Shown: in pieces, positions 1 through 11,097 of the stretch
Layout of the letters: the number at the start of each line of letters is the position of its first letter
Position numbering within the stretch: position 1 is the first letter of the stretch
Source of the DNA: the human T2T-CHM13v2.0 reference genome, Homo sapiens
DNA: 64,000 nucleotides
NCBI RefSeq assembly: GCF_009914755.1
Contig: NC_060933.1
Direction: 5' to 3' (one strand)
The notes under the pieces: generated by a model
The model's input: the letters and a program-made list of their open reading frames with translations, nothing else
Database searches by the model: none
What the model was told of the DNA's origin: nothing
Translations under genes and position numbers: made by a program

Positions 1-85
1 TGTACGGGAAGAAAATACTCAAAATGCTACTTATATTTATTTTTTACTCATTTTTCCAACAGTTTAGTATCTAAATGCCAGGGGA

Positions 86-393
86 GGCCAGATGTGGTGA
101 CTCACACCTGTAATCCCAGTGCTTGGAGTGGGTGGGGGTCAAGGCAGGAAGAACACTTGAGGCCAAGAGTTCTAGACCAGCCTGGGCAACCTAGTTGGTT
201 TTTGTGTCCACACACAAAAAATTAAAAATTAGCCAAGCATGATGTCGTGCACCTGTAGTTCCATGTACTGGACAGGTTGAAGCAGGAGGATCAGGATCAC
301 CTGAGGGAGGAGTTTGAGGCTGCAGTGAGCAATGGTTATTCCACTGCACCATAGCCTGGGTGACAGAATGAGAACCTGTCTCTTAAGTGAAAA
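86..393 (+). mobile_element. Alu SINE, old (AluJ-like), diverged
   Basis: ggccagatgtggtgactcacacctgtaatcccag ... ccactgcaccatagcctgggtgacaga...ctgtctc; heavy CpG decay. Confidence 0.85.
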
Positions 394-837
394 CAAGTAA
401 GTGCGAGGAGAACACATGATCTTTCTAGTTTTCAGTCCCTCTTGCAATTCCCTGTAGATTATTTTGCTTATTCCCAATGTTCCAGCTGTTTCTGCACATT
501 GTAGGCTTGTTCTTCTACCTACTCAAGGCCCCAGATCCAGCAAATGTCCCAGAGATGGGCTCTGTTGCTAATCTGTGATCACCAAGGAAGGGCTTGTTTT
601 TCTCTGAAATTTAGTTCATTGAAACTTTAGGCACACAGTTTTTTGATGGCTTTAAACAAAAAAATAATAATTTTTTTAAGTTCATCCAATATTTTCTCAT
701 TATGGCAGGAGCAATTGTCTTTGGTAGCTTTATTTTAATTGGAAGAAGAATTTCTAACATTGGCATTGTAATGAGGTTTTTGGTCTTTGACCCTAGTGGA
801 GCAATTAAATCTACGTATATTTCTTCTCTTATGCATG

Positions 838-910
838 TATTGAAGGATCAAATGAGAAAATATATGTAGAGTGCACAAAGTGTCTAATGTACACTAGTGA
901 TATACAGTTG
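838..910 (+). mobile_element. MIR 3' fragment
   Basis: gaaggatcaaatgagaaaatatatgtagagtgc resembles the MIR core/3' end. Confidence 0.45.
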
Positions 911-1340
911 TTTTATGACTACACACTGAAAACACATAATCAACCAGATTGCTTCCTGAGAACTAGAGCCAGGCTTTTCCGATGATACTTAGCCGTCAAA
1001 TAATTCTATTCAATTTTTCATGGGACTTAGGGTTTGCTCCATGAAGTGCTGCCACAGTATGCAAATCAATTATGTCAATAAATGTGCTAATTTATTCAGC
1101 AAACATATTCTTGTAGCAATAGTTACTCAATGAAAGAAGTAACATTTAATTTCTAGTAGAAGCTACTTCTCTCATTGTGAACTCGTTACAAAGCTTGAAT
1201 GCTCTAGCTATTTTGAGGAGCATTAATAAGCATTACCTAAAGAAGATGATATATTCCCTAGACAACAAGAACTCTTATTTCTCTTTATCTTCTTTTTGAT
1301 AAATGCTACAGTCTCTTGGTAGTGAATCCAGATTCTGTGG

Positions 1341-2315
1341 TGTGGGGAAAAGAAAGAGAGATCAGACTGTTACTGTGTCTATGTAGAAAGAAGTAGACAT
1401 AAGAGACTCCATATTGTTCTGTACTAAGAAAAATTCTTCTGCCTTGAGATGCTGTTAATCTGTAACCCTACCCCCAACCCTGTGCTGGCAGAGACATGCA
1501 CTGTGTTGACTCAAGGTTTAATGGATTTAGGGCTATGCAGGATGTGCTTTGTTAAACAAGTGCTTGAAGGCAGTTTGCTTGTTAAAAGTCATCACCACTC
1601 TCTAATCTCAAGTACCCAGGGACAAAATACACTACACACTACGGAAGGCTGCAGGGACCTCTGCCTAGGAAAGCCAGGTATTGTCCAAGGTTTCTCCCCA
1701 AGTGATAGTCTGAGATATGGCCTTGTGGGAAGAGAAAGACCTGACCATCCCCCAGCCAGACACCCATAAAGGGTCTGTGCTGAGGAGGATTAGTAAAAGA
1801 GGAAGGCCTCTTTGCAGTTGAGATAAGAGGAAGGCATCTGTCTCCTGCTTGTCCCTGGGCAATGGAATGTCTCAGTGTAAAACCCGATTGTATGTTCCAT
1901 CAACTGAGATAAGGAGAAAACTGCCTTAAGGCTGGAGGTGAGACATGCTGGCCACAATACTGCCCTTTAATGCACCGAGATGTTTATGTACATGCACCTC
2001 AAAGCACAGCACCTCTTCTAACCTTGTTTATGGCACACAGACATTTGTTCACATGTTTTCCTGCTGACCCTCTCCCCACTATTACCCTATTGCCCTGCCA
2101 CATCCCCCTCTCTGAGATGGTAGAGATAATGATCAATAAATACTGAGGGAACTCAGAGACTGGTGCCAGCGTGGATCCTCCATATGCTGAGTGCCGGTAC
2201 CCTGGGCCCATGTTTCTTTCTCTAAACTTTGTCTCTGTGTCTCTTTCTTTTCTCAGTCTCTCATCCCACCAAATGAGAAACACCCACAGGTGTGGAGGGG
2301 AAGGTCACCCCTTCA
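1341..2315 (+). mobile_element. Solo HERV-K (HML-2) LTR, LTR5A/LTR5B type
   Basis: Begins TGTGGGGAAAAGAAAGAGAGATCAGACTG, ends ...CACCCCTTCA; 975 bp; 5-bp TSD TGTGG at 1336-1340 and 2316-2320; no internal ERV sequence follows. Confidence 0.95.
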
Positions 2316-3499
2316 TGTGGGGTGTACAAAACAATCCTCCACAAATTTAAATTTATGCCTATGATCATGTGTAATGAAATTAGCCCTCAAGAGCCAACTT
2401 GAGACCATGTTCAGAATGAAAGCTTCAGAAACCCATGGCAAACACATGAATATAAGAGCATTTTAGACACAGTCCCCAGATTACCTCTGAATTCAGTGTG
2501 GAAAAAGTGACAAGGAGCAATATTTAGGGCATCTAGGATAGTGCTACCTTCTCATCCCTAACATAAGCAAATTAAAATTTCATACTAATGCTCTGAAGCC
2601 TAATAATAACTAGTAAGGTTTATGTCTGTCAAAAAGCCACTGCAGGCTACTGTTAAAACCAGCTACACAACCATCTGGAAGACATTTGTCTCCTTCTGGT
2701 TAAAAACAGTCCCATGTCTACTGATGATGTAGTTAAGGCTGTATCAAGATCTTCTATCTCTCAGCAGGGATGTGGTTTCCCAAATGCTAATGTTTGACCA
2801 ACAAAAGTTTTGCAGCCAGAGTTTGTGCAAGTATTGGTAGATAGAAAATACAAAATCCAACCATTTCTCCTGAATGATTAAACAAAAAAAAGAATGCAAG
2901 AAGCCTGCGTGCATGTGCGTGGGTATATGCATGTGTGTGTGTGTATTCAGGTTTGTTAACTTTATTAAAATTTAATTTTAAAATTAGATTGGGGAGTAAA
3001 ATATCATTCTTCCTCTCTCATCATAAAACTTTTGGCTCATGGGATTCTGACATTCCATCATGCTTGGAAAAGTTGGATTTATGAAACCAGTCGCTGGACT
3101 GAGCCTGCCTATGCAGCTCTTACACGGGTGCTCCCTATTTTGTGCACAAGCATCCTCAAGAGACCAAAGATAGTGATTAAGAGAGATGGGCTCTGAAGTC
3201 TTTTTATTTCAACTTATTGGAATCACCACCTTGTTAATGAACATCAAAATCTTTTGTGTCATTTATCAGATTAATTACTTTTTCCATAAAAAGAGTGAGT
3301 TGAGAGGATAACAAGAAACTCCCTGTCCCTGCTTCATCCTGAAAACAGGAGAATCAATATCTTAACCCTGTTTTTGAGAGATGAATGGGTAGGTCAACAT
3401 TGCTTGGCTATTTGTCCTTCCATTTGGGACAGATTACCACTGCACTTTCCCCTCAATCTCTAGAATCATGGCTTATAGAAAACAATTTTGTACTGAATT

Positions 3500-4560
<1,061 letters not shown>

Positions 4561-6130
4561 AAAAAAAAAAAAAAGCAAGAAGAATACCACTTTCAGTGAA
4601 AGAGACATCTAGGTTGCTTAAAGTATGAAACGGGACTTTTCCAATTTCATGCAGGTAAATTAGGAGGGCTCAACCTTGAAGCACAAAAGATGGTGATTAT
4701 GGTAACACTGGCCTTGAGACCAGGACCTGTATCAGACTCTAGAAAGATCAGTGTGATTTGGAGCAGCTACAGACTGGAATATTTCAGTGAAAAACAAAAC
4801 AAAACAAAGCATTCACACTTATTCTTGCAGTCTTGTTTTATTTGAAGGAGTAAATAATTGGGCCTTATTCAGAGCTGCAAGTTTTGGTAAGCCCTAAAAT
4901 GAACAAAAAATTGTATAAAATGGAAGCAATTCACCAATTCTATTCACTTAACATTTACTGATTTTCTTCCAGGTTTAAGTATTATGATAGGCATTGTACA
5001 GTAATTACTTTATTGACCATCTTCTCTGGTGTTTGTATTAATACACAAAGAAATCTAACTTTAAAAGTGTAGCATTGCTTTCAGCTGACACCAATCATTA
5101 CCCGTTATCCCAATTCATTAAATCAGATTGTTTCAGCAATAAGTTACATTTTGAAGTTAATGAAATACTTAAAAGGCTGTGATGTTGTAGCTGCAGATGT
5201 AGTATGCAAAACATATTTGATTCATGTTGTTTAGCACAATTTCATCTTAAAATCTTATCTATAAAACATTTTTACACATCTATTATTCTCTTGCTTTATG
5301 TAAAGTTTATGTCATTTATCTCTATCAAATTTACATTACTAGTTTTTCTCAACCATAAAAGACAGCATTAATTTTTACAAACATTAATGATGAACTATAT
5401 TCACTCATAAGTATTTATGTCTAAGTTGTCTTAGATTTACTGAACAATTTCTGAGTAACTAATGGCTAGCCTTTTATTATTCTATGATGATAAACATTTT
5501 TACAGTATCCAGGCTTCAGACGTATTTTTGAAAACTTATTTCTATATGGGTCAAAATTTAAATCATTTGTAATATGTGAACCACTCAAATATATTCTCCA
5601 GGATGCGCTATTGAAATGAAATACCGAAGTGGTTCCCCAAGACACCAATTTAAAGTGTATAAGTGCAGTGCAGGGTTACTGGACCAAGGCACAGGGTAAA
5701 CAGCGAAATTTTATTTTTTTGTTTTCCTTTTCCTAAGATGTTTCTTATTCCCCATTATATAAAAATGTATATTACAGGCAAAGAAAAATTAACACGAATA
5801 GAAGTAAATATAAAGCATATTCACATTAAAATCTGCTTTGCTTTATCTATTAAAGGATGTAACACACTTGTGCTTTTCAGGACCTTGTAACTCCTGGTTC
5901 ATTGGAAAGCACAGAAATTCTTCAGAGCCTCAAGAGTTGTGTTTAATGCATTATTTAAATAGTGTCCAACCACTAGTTAGATAGCTTAGCACTCAAATAG
6001 CCTTTGAAATCTCTGTAGACTCACCTCAATTGAGGAGTCCTGATAATTTACAGAAGTGTGTAGCGCACTAAGAGGTCCCTGATGGATAATGTCTTTGCCT
6101 TTGGAGTGTTTTATGTGTTGATCCACTGGA

Positions 6131-6198
6131 GTGTGTGTGTGTCTGTGTGTAGGTGGGTGAGTATGGGTGGGTGTGGATTGTGTGTGTGTGTATGTGTT
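6131..6198. repeat. Imperfect (TG)n microsatellite (mirrored as (CA)n at ~23868-23935)
   Basis: gtgtgtgtgtgtctgtgtgtaggtgggtgagtatgggtgggtgtggattgtgtgtgtgtgt. Confidence 0.8.
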
Positions 6199-7475
6199 TA
6201 CATTGTGGTATGTGTCTGTTGGGGTGCCGCCATTTGGGATTTGGAAGAGTGAGGACCATAAACTTGTCAACATTCCTACATGCCTGCTTCATAACAAGTG
6301 TACTGAACGTGGCCAAAAGTAACTAAACCAAGTAAACAAATTAGACATTAATTAAATTTAATGCTGGGCAGGAAAGAAGTATTCAAGGCCAGGTAAAATG
6401 AAGAAATATAACCAAATGAATGCAATTTTTAGATTGATAAAATTTGTAGTTTCTAATGAATAACAGCATATAAAATAAGAATCATATGGCTGTCAATGGA
6501 CTAAAAACTGTACTTAAGATTTGAGCTAGTGAAACAACCATATATGATCTTCTATTTCCACTTTTCTGTCTCAAGAATGACTTGTTATAATGATTTTTTT
6601 TTTTGAAATTTTACATTCTCATTTTGAAAGAGCTTCACAAAACTTACATGAGAATCTGGATGCTCATAAGAGGTCTGATTTTTTAATGGTATGTTTGTAT
6701 TTTTGTTATGTACATCAATGTCAAGCATTCGTTTCCTGAGCTGTTCTCTACAACACAATTTAACTTGTAATGGACACTCAGTAAATGGTCGGTTGGATAT
6801 TCAAATCAACACCTTAGTTCCATCAATTTTCACTTCATATAAAAATGCCTGATCTTCTATACTCATCAATGAAACAGAGAGAGATGAAGGAGGGAGAGCA
6901 GTTGAGACTGAGAGGATGACAAGCAGACCTCATTCTGCAGTGGATTTCCTACACTCTCCACTTCTGAATGCTTGGAAACACTTGCCATGCTCAAAAAATA
7001 TTGGTATTTCCTAGGCAGCAAATGGGAGTTAAAGAAAGTCCATATTTCTATATTACAATAACTTACACTATAATACACAGACAACATACATTTCTAAGCT
7101 ATTTCAATTCACAGAAAATGTAGATAAATTTAGGTGAGCAAGATGTAAGAGAAGGGTTAGTAATCAAGCTGAGTGTGATTGTGAGATTAAATCTAATATT
7201 ATCTTATACAATTATTGTATAATTGTATCAGTTGACATATCTGTTGAAACAGAAGGTGGGAGAGTTTTGCATGCGCTTCCGAAATGTACTGGATGATGTT
7301 AGGAGAGAGGCGGGTCAATGTGGCTAGGCCAGAAGTGTTTACTAATTGAGGCTTAGGAAAGTTAAGCTCCTAATCAGAGACTGGGAGATAGAGGCGCTAA
7401 AGTGTATAACATTTATATTTAATATATATTTAATAATATATAATAAAGTCTTAAAATGCCAATTTTAAGTCTTTT

Positions 7476-9643
7476 CATTTTCTTCTTAAAAACAGAGGTT
7501 TTATTGCGTTTGGTCCACAGTCGGTATTTCACATTATCTCATAGCACAGGGCCCCTGGGTGGAGGGCTCTGTGCAGTACTTGGCGTGGCCTGGGGCCGGG
7601 GGAGATAGAGCAGTAGACCTGGTCAGGCCCAGAAGAGGAGAAGGAGGGCCGGGGCTCCTTAAGACCTACTGAGGGCCTGGGCACGGTGGCTCACGCCTGT
7701 CAACCCAACACTTTGGGAGGACGAAACAGGCGGATCACATGAGGGAAAGAGTTCCCGACCAGCCTGGCCAACATGGTGAAATCCTGTCTTTACTAAAAAT
7801 CCAAAAAATTAGGCAGGCGTGGTGGTGGGCGCCTGTAGTCCCAGCTACTCTGGAGGCTGAGGCAGGAGAATCGCTTAAGCTGGGAGGCCGAGGTGCAGTG
7901 CGGCGAGATTACTCCACTGTGCTTCAGCATGGGCGACAGAGTGAGACTGCATCTCAAAAAAAAAAAACAAAAACAAAAACAAAAAACCTACTGAGGGCCA
8001 CGGGGGTGGGGGAGCTAGGATGGAGAGGGGTCAGACTTAATCCTGGCATCTCAGAATTCCACTAACTTGTACGGGTCTCAGTTTCCTCACCGGGCCCCAG
8101 CATAGGTTTGAGGGTCTGAGGTCTGTTGGTCTGAGGGTCCTAGGGAAATCCAGCCACTCAGGAGCCTGAGATATTTTAGCATCATGGCTGGGCCCCCTCT
8201 CCCAGGGGACTCATTTCCCAGCACCCTCTCCACTGTCTCCGCCTCATTCCTCGGAGAAGAAAAAAATTTTCTTTCTTTTGTTAATACTTCCTGAAACTTT
8301 TGCAGGTACAGAAACCACAAACTGATCGGCTGACAAAAAGGGGAAGAGGAGAGGCAACCAGAAACCTTCGCGGACTGGTTCCCTCCATGCCCAGGTCTCT
8401 TCTCCCCAACACAGCTCAGCCCACAGCCTGGAAGTGCCAGCGGGGACCTTCACCCTACACGCATCAGGATACGGCCTTGATCCCTTCCCCCACAGCCCGG
8501 TGGCTCAGTCCTGAGAAGGAACCAAAGCAAGGGAAGGTGGGGGAAAAAACCCTGCTGCCTGATCCCACGCTGCCACTCACAGACCTTCGGTTGACTGGCA
8601 GCACTGAACAGGTTAAAAAAAAAAAAGATGAGAACACAGAAAAACCCAACACCCAGACGGGGAGACGATGCGTGGAGAGAGCGTGCTGGGAGCCTCAGTA
8701 GCCGGTCTCCTCCTGGTAGTAAGGGGCCTCCCCTGGCCCTGGGCTGTTGCCGGCGGAGGGAGCCCCGTGGGCCACTGGGCCACCCGGCTAGTACTTGGGT
8801 TCGTATATTTGCCGGCCTAGGCCAAAGACCTGGCCGCTGTGATTGGCAACCTGCGTGTAGCCCATCTTCAGGGACATGGAGGAGTTCTCACACTTGTCGA
8901 TTCCCAACTTGGTGTCATAGATGTGCCGCTGGGTCCCGGGAGCCGTCATGCCCACCTGGCTGGCGCACTTGTTTGTACCCATCTGGAGGCTGATGGTCGA
9001 GTTGTCCATGGGGGGCAGGATGCGGTTCTTGGGGTCGTAGAGATGCCTCCTCGTGCCATATGCGGTCATGCCTGACTGGCTGGCACATTTGTTGGTAATC
9101 TGCAGCTGGATGACGCACTGGCTGGCCTTCATGGGCCAGTCGAATTTCTGCTTCTCTGAGTACTTGTCACGGACGTCCAACCCCGCTCTGCAGCCCCTTA
9201 GTCTTGGCCTTCCCTGCCAGGGCGAGAAGAGACACCCGCACCTGCATATTGTTCCCACTCTCAAACAGGTCGTTGGCCTCAAATAGGTCCACGGGATCAT
9301 GCCGTAGCTGACCATGGCCTTGAGGAAGTTGGAGAGGTTTTCTAGCTAGTGCCAGTTCTACACGGAAGCCGTTGATCTTGGGGACTGAGCCCGGCTGCAG
9401 TTTGTTCACGAGTGTGCATAAGATAATCCCGTCCTTCAGGCCCTTCTGGAAGTCGGGGCGGATGGAGAGGCCAGTGAATCCCTTGATCCAGCTGCGGAGC
9501 TCTGCCTCCTTCTGGGAGTCATATTTGGGCAGAAGCCTGTTCTGGACGTCCGCCAAGAGCCTGTAGGAGGGGCCCTTGTTGAACTGCGTGGAGCTTAGGG
9601 CTGGAGGGCGCCGCCGCGGGGCGGATCCGACAGGACCAGCGGC
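7476..9643 (-). pseudogene. CNN2P: Full-length processed pseudogene of calponin-2 (CNN2)
   Basis: Intronless CNN2-like peptides (KYDSQKEAELRSWI, KGLKDGIILCTLVNKLQPGSVPKIN, NKCASQSGMTAYGTRRHLYDPK, YYQEETGY*); ATG mutated to CTA at 9596-9598; frameshifts; premature TAG at 8788-8790; native TGA at 8695-8697; AATAAA at 7500-7505; TSD AAAAGACTTA at 7466-7475 and 9644-9653. Confidence 0.96.
7674..7986 (+). mobile_element. AluS inside the CNN2P 3' UTR (antisense to CNN2)
   Basis: Alu dimer with A tail, flanked by direct repeat ACCTACTGAG(GG); also present in the right arm. Confidence 0.92.
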
Positions 9644-9814
9644 TAAGTCTTTTTTCTAGTTCGCAATGTTTTGTTTTCACCACACCATTGTTTTACTACA
9701 TATTTTATTGTATGTGTATTGTGTTAAATACACATTTTGTGTATTTAAAAATGTGTGGAAAATGTTAGACCATCTCCCTTTTCTCCACCTTCCCTTTTAC
9801 CCTTTACTGCCATT

Positions 9815-9882
9815 TACATCCACACATCCACACACACATACATCCACACATCCACATACACATACATCCACACACACACATA
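9815..9882. repeat. CA-rich simple repeat (cacacatc/cacacata units)
   Basis: tacatccacacatccacacacacatacatccacacatccacatacacatacatccacacacacaca. Confidence 0.8.
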
Positions 9883-10004
9883 CTGACCAAAATTAATTTC
9901 GATGTACGAATGGGTTATTTGAAGCGAAAAGTCAATCTATATTAGTAAAAGTGTCATGCCAGTATGAATTATATTTATAATCCCTTCAAGAAGAAAGAAC
10001 TTCC

Positions 10005-10284
10005 GGCCGGGCGCTGTGGCTCACGCCTGTAATCCCAGCACTTTGGGAGGCCGAGGCGGGCTGAGGTCAGGAATTCAAGACCAGTCTGGCCAAGATGGTG
10101 AAACTTCGTCTCTACTAAAAATACAAAAAAAATTAGCTGGGCGTGGTGGCGGGCGCCTGTAATCCCAGCTACTCGGGAGGCTGAAGCAGAGAATTCCTTA
10201 AACCCGGGAGGCAGAGGTTGCAGTGAGCCAAGATTGTGCCACTGCACTCTAGCCTGGGCGACAGAGCAAGACTCCGTCTCAAAC

Positions 10285-10333
<49 letters not shown>

Positions 10334-10349
10334 AAAGAAAAAGAAAAAA
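10005..10349 (+). mobile_element. AluS with long poly(A) tail
   Basis: ggccgggcgctgtggctcacgcc...; pure A run 10286-10331; TSD AAAGAACTTCC at 9994-10004 and 10350-10360. Confidence 0.95.
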
Positions 10350-10480
10350 AAAGAACTTCCTTAATTTTTTGAAGAGACTATTCTGTATCCATTTTATAAT
10401 TTTGTGGCCACTGAAAAAGATATATTAAATCACAGACACAGTGAATGTAGTAAGTGGTAGTTTAAAATGTTAAAATGTTA

Positions 10481-10787
<307 letters not shown>

Positions 10788-11097
10788 CTATTCTAATTTT
10801 TGAATGCAACCACAGCCTCTAACAAAACACCCTCGTTACACTAATTCGCTGATAATGAATTCTTAAGTAAAAGGGGAATTCCATAGAAATATATATGGCT
10901 CTTTTATGTTTAAGAAAAGTAAGAGCCTGAAAAACAGATGTGTTCTGTAAAACTGAATTACTTTCTATCCAGTTCCACTGGTTCGCAGTGTTTTATCTTT
11001 ATATTAAAACATATATAAATGATTGATTGATGAATTTTTTTTCTTTTAGACACTGCTGCTGAATCCATGGAGAGAAAAAGGATAAATTTCCAGAACT

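Larger units (their letters stand above)
5618..8926. repeat. Left arm of ~3.3-kb inverted duplication (partner 21115-24445)
   Basis: gaaataccgaagtggttccccaagacacc (5618) is the reverse complement of the sequence ending at 24445; near-identical ORFs 6866-7087(-) and 22952-23176(+). Confidence 0.97.

Noticed and set aside
1449-2283. ORFs inside LTR5
   Set aside because: Incidental frames in a solo LTR; no gag, pol or env sequence.
9167-9556. 129-aa CH-domain-like ORF as a functional calponin
   Set aside because: Non-ATG start (native ATG mutated to CTA), internal frameshifted segment and early stop; it is a pseudogene fragment.
10234-10428. Poly-lysine ORF
   Set aside because: Translation of an Alu poly(A) tail.
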